DNA from: a virus
Taxonomy: Duplodnaviria > Caudoviricetes
Direction: 5' to 3' (one strand)
IMG/VR virus record: IMGVR_UViG_3300025096_000015
Location: 1-63,714 of that record
Length of the DNA stretch: 63,714 nt
The translations under genes and the position numbers were made by a program. Each line of letters opens with the position of its first letter. Position 1 is the stretch's first letter. Below are positions 27,725 through 37,763 of this stretch, piece by piece. Under the pieces are notes generated by a model. It worked only from the letters and a program-made list of their open reading frames with translations. It searched no databases and was not told the origin of the DNA.

Positions 27725-29044
27725 ATGGCAGTCCCAACTTTAACCCCATCAAGTACGACAAGCGCAGTAAGGCTTCCAGCCACTGGTACTGCCGGTCACG
27801 TAGCTTCAGTAGTGCCTTTTGGCATGTACACCGGTTCTGCTGAATTTCTACAAGGCGCAGCTGCCCAAGTCGCATATACTTATAAAAAATTAGGTGGAGA
27901 TGTATTAGATATTGAATTATCATCTTCAAACGTATATGCTGCATATGAAGAATCTGTTTTAGAGTATTCTTATATTGTTAATATACACCAAACAAAGAAT
28001 GTTCTAGGAAGTGTATTAGGAGATACAACAGGGTCTTTTGATTATCGTGGGCAATTAAAAAACAACTCAACTCTTTCTTCTAGTTTATCCTCTGGACAAG
28101 TAGAAGATGGAGAGTTTGTACATGCAGGGGCGGGAGCAGCATTAAAATATCCTAGATTTAGACTCTCATACGAGAAACGAGTTGGTCATGGAGTTGGGAA
28201 CGAGATTGGACTAGGAGGAGATAAGTTTGAATATTCAGCTTCATTTTCTACTCTCAATGGTCAACAAGATTATGATTTGCAGGCTATTATATATTCTGCA
28301 TCAGTCGATTCTGACAATTCTTATTTCCCATTTTACAATAAGGCAGACAAAAGAAAACTTACAGTTAGACAAGTTTATTATAAAACACCGCATGCAATGT
28401 GGAGGTTTTATGGCTACTATGGTGGTCTAAATACAATTGGCAATCTACAAACTTATGGCCAATGGGCAGATGATTCACAGTTTCAAATTGTCCCAGTGTG
28501 GCAAAACAAACTACAGTCTAAAGCTTTTGAAAGTGCAATATATACAAGAAATTCACACTATTCTTATGAAATAAAAAACAATCAACTTAGACTTTTCCCA
28601 CCTTCAGCCGTTGTAGGACCTACTAAAATATGGGTTAAGTTCACAATAGATGAAGATGCGTGGGGTGATGCAGATCATGATAGAACTATTGGCACTGATG
28701 GTATTAATAATATGAACACGGTACCGTTTGCTAATATTCCATATTCTAGTATTAATTCTATTGGTAAACAATGGATTCGCAGATTTGCCCTATCTATAAC
28801 AAAAGAAATGTTGGCTCAAGTTAGAGGAAAGTTTCAGACTATTCCGATACCAGGGGAGTCTGTAACATTAAACGCGAGTGATTTGTTGTCGCAAGCAAAA
28901 GAAGAACAAGAAAAGTTAAGGGAGGAGCTGAAGACTACGCTTGATGAGTTAACCTATAGCAAGCTAGCAGAGGCAGATGCTGCTATTCTGGAGTCAACAA
29001 GAAACGTTCAGCAGAAAATTCCAATGACAATATTTGTAGGATAA
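27725..29044 (+). CDS. Neck / head-tail adaptor (gp13-like)
   Basis: KLGGDVLDIEL N-terminus, WIRRFALSITKEMLAQVRGKF..IPIPG..VTLN C-terminus. Follows the capsid gene. Confidence 0.75.
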   Translation: MAVPTLTPSSTTSAVRLPATGTAGHVASVVPFGMYTGSAEFLQGAAAQVAYTYKKLGGDVLDIELSSSNVYAAYEESVLEYSYIVNIHQTKNVLGSVLGDTTGSFDYRGQLKNNSTLSSSLSSGQVEDGEFVHAGAGAALKYPRFRLSYEKRVGHGVGNEIGLGGDKFEYSASFSTLNGQQDYDLQAIIYSASVDSDNSYFPFYNKADKRKLTVRQVYYKTPHAMWRFYGYYGGLNTIGNLQTYGQWADDSQFQIVPVWQNKLQSKAFESAIYTRNSHYSYEIKNNQLRLFPPSAVVGPTKIWVKFTIDEDAWGDADHDRTIGTDGINNMNTVPFANIPYSSINSIGKQWIRRFALSITKEMLAQVRGKFQTIPIPGESVTLNASDLLSQAKEEQEKLREELKTTLDELTYSKLAEADAAILESTRNVQQKIPMTIFVG

Positions 29045-29053
29045 ATTTAGAAA

Positions 29054-29542
29054 ATGGCTCACGAAGAAAATAAATGGTCTCAACCAACGCAGCCTCCTCC
29101 ACCATTATTTGTTGGAAAGAAAGAGCGCAATTTGGTAAAGCAGGTTAATGATGAGTTGATCGAGAGAGTTATAGGCCAACAAGTTTTGTACTATCCCATA
29201 AGTATAGAACACACTAATTTTCATTCATTATATGGAGAAGCAATTGACAAAACATTTTTACCTCCAGTAAGAGTTTATGCTCTAGTAGAATGGGAAAACT
29301 TAGAAACATCTTGGATGCCTAGCGTTGGTGTTGATAAACAAAGTTCAATAATCGTTCATTTTCATAAGAGAAGATTGACCGAGGACCAAAATTTATTTGT
29401 GAGAGAGGGAGATTTTGTTCTATATGGCGAGATTTATTATGAGATTGTTTCTTTGAACGAGCCAAAACAACTATTTGGCCAAATTAACAATAGAATGGAA
29501 ATAACTGCTAAATGCATACGCGCTCGACAGGGGCTTTTCTAA
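29054..29542 (+). CDS. Neck / head closure protein (gp14-like)
   Basis: IGQQVLYY, LYGEA, REGDFV.Y. Gene position fits. Confidence 0.7.
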   Translation: MAHEENKWSQPTQPPPPLFVGKKERNLVKQVNDELIERVIGQQVLYYPISIEHTNFHSLYGEAIDKTFLPPVRVYALVEWENLETSWMPSVGVDKQSSIIVHFHKRRLTEDQNLFVREGDFVLYGEIYYEIVSLNEPKQLFGQINNRMEITAKCIRARQGLF

Positions 29543-30408
29543 TGCCAACTAGACATAAACATACAGGTATTGAAGATCCTAACATAGTTGAAGAAAGGAT
29601 AATTACACCATCTACTCTAGAAACTATTGATACGGCGATGTACGAGCATATTGATAAAAATTTAAATATATATGCCACAACAAACAAAGGCTGGAAAAAA
29701 ACAGAAGTAATTTGGGTAGCGTCAGAAAGAGTACATCAGACAAAAAATAGATCAGAAATAAGGAGTATGTCTGGTTCTATTATATTGCCAGTGATTACTG
29801 TGGAGAGAGCTTCTGTAGTTAAGGACCCATCTAGAAAGGGTATTTTTTACGGACATGTCCCTCCAGTTTCTGATGAGAAAGGCGGTTCAATAACAATTGC
29901 TAAAAGAATAAACCAAGACAAAACAAAGAACTTTGCTAACGCGGATGCGTTCAGAACAAAAGGGCAAAATACTTTTCCTACGAAAAATAAGAAAGTTGTT
30001 TACCAATCAATTTCAATACCAATGCCTGTTTATGTTGACATAACTTATACTGTTACATTGAGAACAGAATATCAGCAGCAAATGAATGAGATGGTTACTC
30101 CTTTTATTACGAAAACTGGAGGCATAAATTATTTTCTTCTTAAGAAAGATGACCACAGATATGAAAGTTTTATACAACAAGACTTCACGCAGGATAATAA
30201 TATATCTTCCATGGATACTGATGAAAGAATGTATCAGACAAAAGTTGACATTAAGGTATTAGGCTATCTTATCGGAGAAGGCAAGAATCAAGAGCAACCA
30301 AAAGTGGTTATAAGAGAAAATGCAGTAGAGGTCAAAATGCCCAGAGAACGAGTTATTATGGGAGATATTCCAGAGCATGTTGACAAGCGTGGATTTTATC
30401 GAGATTAA
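29542..30408 (+). CDS. Tail terminator / sheath stabiliser (gp15-like)
   Basis: ILPVITVER, PMPVYVDITY..TL. Between neck and sheath. TAATG start. Confidence 0.65.
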   Translation: MPTRHKHTGIEDPNIVEERIITPSTLETIDTAMYEHIDKNLNIYATTNKGWKKTEVIWVASERVHQTKNRSEIRSMSGSIILPVITVERASVVKDPSRKGIFYGHVPPVSDEKGGSITIAKRINQDKTKNFANADAFRTKGQNTFPTKNKKVVYQSISIPMPVYVDITYTVTLRTEYQQQMNEMVTPFITKTGGINYFLLKKDDHRYESFIQQDFTQDNNISSMDTDERMYQTKVDIKVLGYLIGEGKNQEQPKVVIRENAVEVKMPRERVIMGDIPEHVDKRGFYRD

Positions 30409-30431
30409 GATGGATTTTCAGTCTTCCACAA

Positions 30432-30440
30432 ACTATTTAT
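30432..30440 (+). promoter_or_regulatory. Candidate late promoter motif ACTATTTAT
   Basis: Intergenic, before the tail sheath gene. Confidence 0.7.
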
Positions 30441-30485
30441 TAGAGAATTCACTTTACATTTGTGTCCTAGAGGAGAGCATAAAAC

Positions 30486-33400
30486 ATGACAGCTAAGAAA
30501 TTTAAGTTCGTTTCACCAGGCGTCTTTATTGACGAGATTGATAACACACGACGTACAAATATCGGAGGCGATATTGGTCCAGTCGTTATTGGGCGGTTAC
30601 AACGCGGCCCCGCATTGCGCCCAGTACAGGTAAATTCATTTTCAGAATTTGTTGAAATTTTTGGAGAGCCAGTCCCGGGAGGAGAAGGCGGAGATGTTTG
30701 GAGGGATGGAAACAAAACTGCACCCACATATGCTGCATATGCTGCACAAGCCTGGTTAAGAAACAACGCTCCGTTAAATGTTGTGAGACTACTCGGCGTA
30801 CAGGATTCTTCACCGACAAGCACCGGTTACGCTGGGTGGAACATGGGCACAGTTGCTACAGATAAGACAGTTGGTACCAACAATGGTGCATATGGCTTGT
30901 TTCTTTTCGACTCCTGGTCACATCCTTTAAGCGGTGCTGCGGCGAATGCAGCGACTGGTCATTCAACTGGTTCCTTGGTCGCGGTTTGGTATTTGAATGA
31001 CCAAGCAAGCATTCAACTTTCGGGTACTTCACCTTTCAGTGGCTCAATAGCAAACACAGGAAGTGGAGTGATGATCGGCACGGGCTCCAACGGCAATGAT
31101 GAGTTTACTGCCCTTATTAGAAGCGGCTCCGCCAAACACGCGGATGTCGGAGAAAAAATTACATTTAATTTCAATAGAGACAGTGAAAGATATATTAGAA
31201 AAGTGTTCAATACAAATCCAACACTTATCAATGATAATATTACAACAAGCACAAAAGGATATTTCCTAGGAGAGACATTCGATCAACACAGAGAAGAATT
31301 ATTTGCTTCTGGTTTGACTAGTGAAGGTGTCATTTTAGGATTAGCTTCCAGAGATTCTGAACATCAATGGGCAAACCACCAGCAAGCAAATGCTAATGGC
31401 GAAACAGGCTGGTTCATTTCACAAGATTTGGGTGATGCTGCTTCATATCAGCCTGAAAACATGCAAAAGCTTTTTAGGCTCAAGGGTCTCGAAGGTGGAG
31501 AATGGCTTCAGAATAACCTCAAAATTTCAATTCAAGATATCAAGCCTGCTACAAGTAATGCCAGTCAATACGGTTCATTCACGGTCGCTATTCGAAAGTT
31601 AGAAGACAACGATAATGCACCAAAATTTGTTGAGGTATTTTCAAATTGTAACTTGAATCCTAATTCTCCCAGTTATGTTGCTAGAAAGATTGGTAATCAA
31701 TATAGAGAATGGGATACTGACGATAGAAGATGGAAAAGATATGGTGCCTATCCCAACATGTCTAAATTTGTTTATGTCGATATGAATACAGATGTAGATC
31801 GCGCTGCAACAGATCCGTCATTTATTCCAGTTGGAGTTTATGGCCATAAGAGAGCGTTGTCATCCGGTAATCTTAGTGGTACTGCAGCAGGCGCAGCCAC
31901 GGGACAGATAGCAGCAACTGCTATCGCAACTACACATAATAATTTTGGCACTATATTTGCTAAAGGCGCCGCCGATCACATTCTTATGTCGGGAACCATC
32001 GGCGCCGGCAACGAAGCCGGCGGAGCGACAAATGCCGCAGCCGCTTCAATTTGGATCTATAACTTAACCGGCGCAGTCAGTTTCGCCGGCGACGCCACGC
32101 TGAAGTGGGATCCCAATCCTGGGGTACATTGGACAGGATCAATTACCTTCCCCAAAGCAAAATTACGTCATAGCGGTCTCGAAGGCGGTCTGTCTTCACC
32201 GAGGCAGGCCTATTGGGGAGTCGACACAAATCAGAGTGGAACAACTGTCTTCGACCAAAGCATAAAGGATGTTATTAGAGCACTTCCAGGCGCGATGGCC
32301 ACCAGTAATGCGACATATCTTGAAGATGCATTTGTTTTCACTCTTGAAGACTTAAGTGGTAGTTCCACTCATACTACCCACGGTGCGCATTATATCTCAG
32401 GCAGTCGCACAGCTGAAACATCTATTACTGCTAAAAACGATCTCAGCACTCTTCTTGAAACTAATCGCTTCAACAGGTTTACCACGTTGTTTGCTCATGG
32501 TTTCGATGGTTTAGATATTACAGAAAAGGAACCGTTCAGAAATTCTGGACTGGATAGCAAAACTGAATCTAACAGTTATGCATTTCACACAGTACATCGC
32601 GCTGTCGACACGCTCAGGGATCCTGAAGTTGTTGAATTCAATTTGGCGACAATGCCTGGTATCACAAACACTTCTCTTACAGAGCATTTGATGCTTACAT
32701 GTGAGAACAGAGGCGATGCATTGGCAATTATTGATATAGAAAAGGATCACATTGCCGATTCAGAGGGTACCGCTGCAGAAAATACTCGACGCGGAAACGT
32801 CGACCAAGCCGTGACAGAGATGAAAAAAAGAAATTTGAACACCAGTTACGGTTGCGCTTACTATCCATGGGTACAGGTCAGAGATTCTCTTTCAAGTGCC
32901 ATCTTGTGGATGCCGCCTTCTGTTGTCGCCCTGGGCGTTATGTCCTTCAGCGAGGCAGAGAGAGAATTATGGTTTGCTCCTGCTGGTTTCACAAGAGGCG
33001 GCTTATCTATGGGAGCTTCTGGCCTCAATGTTGTCGGAGTACGTCAACAACTTACTTCGCAAGATAGAGATAGGCTTTATTCTGCAAACGTCAATCCAAT
33101 TGCTTCATTCCCAGCGGAAGGCATTGTGATATTTGGACAGAAGACACTTCAAGTCACTCCGTCAGCTTTGGATAGAATTAATGTTCGTAGATTGTTGATT
33201 CATACCAAGAAACAAGTTTCCAGAATTGCTGCGACAACACTGTTCGAGCAGAATGTTCGCTCAACTTGGAATAAGTTTAGCGCACAGGTTGAATCCTTCC
33301 TTAATGATATTAAAGCTGGATTTGGTCTTACTGATTACAAGGTAGTACTTGATGAAACTACAACGACGCCAGAAATGGTTGATAGAAATATTCTATACGC

Positions 33401-33488
33401 TAAGGTGTTCTTGAAGCCTGCAAGAGCTATTGAGTTCATTGCTCTTGATTTCATTATTACTGATACTGGAGCCTCATTTGACGATTAA
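30486..33488 (+). CDS. Tail sheath protein (gp18-like)
   Basis: FVSPGVFIDEID, YYPWV, WFAPAGFTRG, VNPI, GQKTLQ, DRINVRRL, KPARAIEFI. Confidence 0.95.
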   Translation: MTAKKFKFVSPGVFIDEIDNTRRTNIGGDIGPVVIGRLQRGPALRPVQVNSFSEFVEIFGEPVPGGEGGDVWRDGNKTAPTYAAYAAQAWLRNNAPLNVVRLLGVQDSSPTSTGYAGWNMGTVATDKTVGTNNGAYGLFLFDSWSHPLSGAAANAATGHSTGSLVAVWYLNDQASIQLSGTSPFSGSIANTGSGVMIGTGSNGNDEFTALIRSGSAKHADVGEKITFNFNRDSERYIRKVFNTNPTLINDNITTSTKGYFLGETFDQHREELFASGLTSEGVILGLASRDSEHQWANHQQANANGETGWFISQDLGDAASYQPENMQKLFRLKGLEGGEWLQNNLKISIQDIKPATSNASQYGSFTVAIRKLEDNDNAPKFVEVFSNCNLNPNSPSYVARKIGNQYREWDTDDRRWKRYGAYPNMSKFVYVDMNTDVDRAATDPSFIPVGVYGHKRALSSGNLSGTAAGAATGQIAATAIATTHNNFGTIFAKGAADHILMSGTIGAGNEAGGATNAAAASIWIYNLTGAVSFAGDATLKWDPNPGVHWTGSITFPKAKLRHSGLEGGLSSPRQAYWGVDTNQSGTTVFDQSIKDVIRALPGAMATSNATYLEDAFVFTLEDLSGSSTHTTHGAHYISGSRTAETSITAKNDLSTLLETNRFNRFTTLFAHGFDGLDITEKEPFRNSGLDSKTESNSYAFHTVHRAVDTLRDPEVVEFNLATMPGITNTSLTEHLMLTCENRGDALAIIDIEKDHIADSEGTAAENTRRGNVDQAVTEMKKRNLNTSYGCAYYPWVQVRDSLSSAILWMPPSVVALGVMSFSEAERELWFAPAGFTRGGLSMGASGLNVVGVRQQLTSQDRDRLYSANVNPIASFPAEGIVIFGQKTLQVTPSALDRINVRRLLIHTKKQVSRIAATTLFEQNVRSTWNKFSAQVESFLNDIKAGFGLTDYKVVLDETTTTPEMVDRNILYAKVFLKPARAIEFIALDFIITDTGASFDD

Positions 33489-33511
33489 AAAAATTATTTT
33501 TTAATCATTTC

Positions 33512-33520
33512 ACTACTTAT
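33512..33520 (+). promoter_or_regulatory. Candidate late promoter motif ACTACTTAT
   Basis: Intergenic, before the tail tube gene. Confidence 0.65.
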
Positions 33521-33545
33521 ATTATAGAGGGAGAATAATAAGAAA

Positions 33546-34058
33546 ATGGCAGAAAAATTTTGGGCAAATAGTGCTTTAGAACCAAAAAGAAAACATAGAT
33601 GGCTCTTGTATTTAGGGGGTTTGGACATTCCCGTTTATGTTGTAAAGACAGTAGGCAAACCTTCGTTCTCAGTCAACGCAGCAGAACATATGTTTTTTGG
33701 ACATAAGTTTTATTATCCCGGTATCGTTACTTGGGATCCTGTTGATGTAACTTTAGTTGATCCAATCGACCCTTATGTAGGAAAAGAATTATATAAGGCT
33801 CTGACCAGAGGTGGATATAAAACTCCCGATAACACTACTGGCGGCGCCGCATTTACCTTGTCAAAGGCAAACGCTACCAATGTTTTGCAGGGTCAAGTTA
33901 GACTGGAACAGCTAGGTCCAGAAAATGAAGAAATTGAGACTTTTAAACTTTGGAATCCGTGGGTACAATCTGTTAAGTACGGAGATTTAGATTATACTAG
34001 TGATGATATGGTAGAACTTACCTTAACATTACAGTATGACTATGCTACAATACACTAA
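33546..34058 (+). CDS. Tail tube protein (gp19-like)
   Basis: EPKRKHRW, TWDPVDVTLVDP, GDLDY, LTLQYDYA. Follows the sheath gene. Confidence 0.88.
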   Translation: MAEKFWANSALEPKRKHRWLLYLGGLDIPVYVVKTVGKPSFSVNAAEHMFFGHKFYYPGIVTWDPVDVTLVDPIDPYVGKELYKALTRGGYKTPDNTTGGAAFTLSKANATNVLQGQVRLEQLGPENEEIETFKLWNPWVQSVKYGDLDYTSDDMVELTLTLQYDYATIH

Positions 34059-34072
34059 AAGAAGAGGTATAA

Positions 34073-34930
34073 ATGTCAGCTAGAAATAATGAAGCGCGCC
34101 TCGGGGTCTCTAACCCCGATGCAGACGCTCCTATAGAACAACTAGACAAATCAGATGGTTTCTCCTTCGTGACGCCAACTGAATTTGTTGATTTACCAAC
34201 GGGAGGAGCTTTTTATCCCGAAGGTCACCCATTACAAAATCAAGACTCAATTGAGATTCGTTACATGACAGCGAAAGACGAGGATATATTAACTTCTCAG
34301 ACTCTTTTGAAAAAAGGAGTCGCCATTGATCGTCTTCTACAAAATGTAATAGTCGATAAGTCAGTTAGAGTCGACGACTTATATGTAGGAGATAAAAATG
34401 CATTGGTTGTCGCTGCCAGAATTACAGGTTATGGAGAAGATTATGACGTATCAATATCATGTCCTACCTGTGGAGAGCCAAATTCACATGTAGTTGATTT
34501 ATCTGACTTAAAAATTAACAAACTCGATGAAACTCTGTTAGAGGACTTAAATGTTGAAAAGACACAGGGTGGCACATTTATTATTAATTTACCACGTTCT
34601 AAAGTTAATGTTGAAGTAAAATTATTAACAGGAAGAGATGAAAGAAACTTCTTGGTTTCAAGTGAAAATAAAAAGAAACATAATTTACCAGAATCTGTTT
34701 TGACAGACCAAATGAAGTTATTTATTACATCAGTGAATGGGGATGAGAAGAAGGATGTTGTTAGCTCTTTTGTAAATAACATGCCAGCATATGATTCCAG
34801 GTACTTAAGAAAGGTTTATTCAGAAATAACACCAAATGTTAAAATGGAGTGTGACTTCGTTTGCCCAGAATGCAACGCATCCTCGGCTATCGATGTTCCG
34901 TTTACAACTGCGTTTTTTTGGCCTAAGTGA
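34073..34930 (+). CDS. Tail/baseplate hub assembly chaperone (gp26-like)
   Basis: VDLPTGG.FYP, MTAKDEDIL, two CPxC motifs, ends FFWP. Confidence 0.75.
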   Translation: MSARNNEARLGVSNPDADAPIEQLDKSDGFSFVTPTEFVDLPTGGAFYPEGHPLQNQDSIEIRYMTAKDEDILTSQTLLKKGVAIDRLLQNVIVDKSVRVDDLYVGDKNALVVAARITGYGEDYDVSISCPTCGEPNSHVVDLSDLKINKLDETLLEDLNVEKTQGGTFIINLPRSKVNVEVKLLTGRDERNFLVSSENKKKHNLPESVLTDQMKLFITSVNGDEKKDVVSSFVNNMPAYDSRYLRKVYSEITPNVKMECDFVCPECNASSAIDVPFTTAFFWPK

Positions 34931-35102
34931 AGAATACATAGGACAAGTCTATGAAATGTTCTTCTTTTTAAAATATCATGGTGGCTGGAGCTTTACTGAG
35001 GCATACAACTTGCCCGTTAAAATACGAAATTGGTTCGCCAAGAGACTTTTGAAACAAATTGAAAACGAACAGGCTCAAATGCAAAAGTCTCGTAAGCGTT
35101 AA
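34913..35102 (+). CDS. Probable frameshift extension of the chaperone (G/GT-like)
   Basis: T7 run at 34913-34919 joins the chaperone frame to the +1 frame FFGLSEEY..YHGGWSFTEAYNLP..RNWF, which has no clear RBS of its own. Confidence 0.6.
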
Positions 35103-35127
35103 TTTATTTCAAATTTCGTTTTAGAGG

Positions 35128-35136
35128 ACTATTTAT
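35128..35136 (+). promoter_or_regulatory. Candidate late promoter motif ACTATTTAT
   Basis: Intergenic, followed by GAGGAG and ATG 35160. Confidence 0.65.
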
Positions 35137-35159
35137 AATATCAATTGAGGAGTGTATCA

Positions 35160-35486
35160 ATGGATCTTCAAGATAAAGTATTGGATTTAAATGCTGCAAA
35201 AAATGGTCAATTAAACGAAGGATTATTATTGCATTATGGCGCCTTAATCAAACACGCTTTGGAAAGGTTATTTGCGCCAGGAATTTTTGGTAATACTTTA
35301 AGAGTTCGTGGAGAACGTTCTCAAATTGAAGCATTCATGAATGCACTCGGTTCAGAAAAAAAATACATGCAATCATACATGAAAAATGGTTTAAACGATC
35401 CTACGACTTTTTCTTCAAAGCACGCTTTAGATAGTGCAGTAAGAAAGTTTGAGGTTTCATCTGGCTTGAAATGGCCATTTAAATAG
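35160..35486 (+). CDS. Hypothetical late protein
   Basis: RBS-supported ATG at 35160. QLNE motif near the N-terminus. Confidence 0.65.
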   Translation: MDLQDKVLDLNAAKNGQLNEGLLLHYGALIKHALERLFAPGIFGNTLRVRGERSQIEAFMNALGSEKKYMQSYMKNGLNDPTTFSSKHALDSAVRKFEVSSGLKWPFK

Positions 35487-35498
35487 GAGATAATTTAA

Positions 35499-37751
35499 AT
35501 GGCTAAAGAAGAAACTCCAGAACAAAGACTAAAAAGACAGCTTGAGGAGATAAAGCTCAAGGAACGTCTTGCAAACGCTACTATGAACCACGAAGCCGCC
35601 ATGGCCAGCGAGGCTGTCGCGCTCGAGAGATACATAAATCAGTCGCGCGCCTATGGCGATGTCTCTGAAGAGAAGATACAACAATTAGAAAAAGAATTAA
35701 AGTTAAGATATGAATTGGTCAGCGCCGAGCATGACGCATTACAGGAACTCATCAACGGCACTCAGGCTCAAAAGGCAGATCTTGAAGCCAGATTAGAGCG
35801 CATTGATGCACTTGAAAAAGAAATAGGTCTATTACGAACCGGCGCTGGGGAGTTCGACAACTGGGCTAATAAAACTGCAGCACTAGCTGGAATTGGTATG
35901 AAGTTTACTCAAACCTGGTCAGGTGGTCTCTTCAATATAGGTTCAAAAATAAAGATAGTTCAGAAAGAATTTGCACTGATGAAGGCCCGAGGCGTCAAAA
36001 CAGGCGATGCCGTCTCCAAAGCCATGGCAAGCATCGGTGATTCCATGGCGGGTTGGATGGTTGAATGGATGGAAACCATTATCAGTCAACAAGATCAGTT
36101 GACGGCTGGTTTTTATAAAGCTACACAAGCTAGCGACGAAATGGCAAGTTCAGCACTGAGAGCTAGCGAAGCCTTAAGGGCTCAAGGTCTCGGCATGGAA
36201 GCGAGTTACACAGCTATACAGGCTTTGATTACATCCTCAGTGGCATTTAAGAATTCTACTGGAGATTATCGAGATGAAATAATAGATACGGTTGCGAAAC
36301 TTGAGATAGCAGGAGTAAGTGCAAACACTACAGCTGCAGCCTTTGACGTTTTTACTAAAGTTCTAGGCAAAAAAGGTACGGCAGAATTAAAGAAATTTGC
36401 AACGGTAGCAGAGACATTAGACGTTCCTCTGAATGAATTCTATTCAGAGTTTGTTACGGCTTCAAAACAACTAGCATCACGCGGCCCACAAATGGAGAAA
36501 GTGTTTATCAACTTACAAGCTCAAGTTCGAGCCACTGGCGCATCAATGGATACACTTTTGCAAGTGGCAAATAGGTTTGATACATTTGATAGTTCTGCCG
36601 AGGCTGTTGCAAGGCTAAATGGTATATTGGGTGGACCATATTTGAACAGTATTGAAATGGTCATGATGAAAGAGGACGAAAGAATAGAGGCAGTTAGAGC
36701 TAGCCTTAAGCAGTCCGGAACAGTGTTTAAAAACTTAGGTCATCATGCACAAATGAGTATTATGGCTGCAGCAGGAATCACTGACCAGGCAGAAGCGAAT
36801 AAATTACTTGGTTCATCCGCATCAGAATATAAAAAGATACAAAAAGAAGCAGAAATAGCAGCAGAGAAAGAAAAGAATCTAGCTGAGATGACAGAGAAGG
36901 CAATGACGATGGCAAATGAAATCAAATTCGCCTTTATGTCACTCGTTATAGAAATGCAGCCGATGATTGAATCAGTGAAGAACGCCATCACTTCATTCAC
37001 AGAATTTGTTCGCGGGATGGACGACGGCGCACAATCGACTTTCTTTTGGTCAATGATCATGGGCGGTCTGGCACTCAAATTTGCGGGTGTAATTTCAGGG
37101 GTGTGGAAGCTGTCCACTGTTATGGTCACCGCCCTCGCCCCAGCCTTCACTACGGTAGGCATCGCTATGAAACTTGCAGGCTTCGGCGTACTCTTGACCA
37201 TTCTTGCGGGCGTAATTTGGGCCGTGACAGAGTTGGGCAAACTCTGGGGTTGGTGGGGAAATGAAGCTGAAGAAGCTGGTAAAAAAGCAAATGCATCTCT
37301 TAACTCTTTTGACTCTCTGGGCGCATCGGAGAAGGTATCAAAGAAACAGTTCGACGAGCGCTGGAAATCTATGCATGACGGAGGCCCTGTAGAAGAAGAT
37401 GGTCTTCACAATCTGCAAAAAGGTGAATATGTTGTTTCAGCTGATAAAGTTAAAAGCGCGACAAACACTACAATGGATAAAGGAATAGTGGAGGGAATGG
37501 GGAAAGCCGCTAAAGGCGATAAAGCACTCCTCTCGAGCATTGTGGAGCCATTGCTCACCAGAATTTCCGCCGTCACCGGGAATGATTGGAATAAGCAGAG
37601 ACCCGGTGGTAACACACCGATGCAAATAGTGCTGAAACTTAATGGAAGAGACTTAGGAAGTGTACTTTTTGATTACCCAAATGGAGTAATGTATAGCAAT
37701 AACGATACTGGCAAAGCGCTGGACCTGGCATTATCTAGAATAACAAAGTAG
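35499..37751 (+). CDS. Tape measure protein
   Basis: Ala-rich and helical, central hydrophobic segments, HDGG.V...L.KGEYVV motif. Downstream of tube and chaperone. Confidence 0.8.
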   Translation: MAKEETPEQRLKRQLEEIKLKERLANATMNHEAAMASEAVALERYINQSRAYGDVSEEKIQQLEKELKLRYELVSAEHDALQELINGTQAQKADLEARLERIDALEKEIGLLRTGAGEFDNWANKTAALAGIGMKFTQTWSGGLFNIGSKIKIVQKEFALMKARGVKTGDAVSKAMASIGDSMAGWMVEWMETIISQQDQLTAGFYKATQASDEMASSALRASEALRAQGLGMEASYTAIQALITSSVAFKNSTGDYRDEIIDTVAKLEIAGVSANTTAAAFDVFTKVLGKKGTAELKKFATVAETLDVPLNEFYSEFVTASKQLASRGPQMEKVFINLQAQVRATGASMDTLLQVANRFDTFDSSAEAVARLNGILGGPYLNSIEMVMMKEDERIEAVRASLKQSGTVFKNLGHHAQMSIMAAAGITDQAEANKLLGSSASEYKKIQKEAEIAAEKEKNLAEMTEKAMTMANEIKFAFMSLVIEMQPMIESVKNAITSFTEFVRGMDDGAQSTFFWSMIMGGLALKFAGVISGVWKLSTVMVTALAPAFTTVGIAMKLAGFGVLLTILAGVIWAVTELGKLWGWWGNEAEEAGKKANASLNSFDSLGASEKVSKKQFDERWKSMHDGGPVEEDGLHNLQKGEYVVSADKVKSATNTTMDKGIVEGMGKAAKGDKALLSSIVEPLLTRISAVTGNDWNKQRPGGNTPMQIVLKLNGRDLGSVLFDYPNGVMYSNNDTGKALDLALSRITK

Positions 37752-37763
37752 GAGACTAAAAAA

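Noticed and set aside
33483-33506. Inverted repeat GATTAAAAAA-ATTA-TTTTTTAATC after the sheath gene
   Set aside because: Almost all A-T pairs in an AT-rich spacer, too weak to call as a terminator.
17975-35137. TATTTATA read as a minus-strand T4 late promoter (TATAAATA)
   Set aside because: Only some copies fit. The ACTACTTA and ACTAATTA variants and their placement before + strand RBSs favour a + strand motif, and there are no minus-strand genes to drive.
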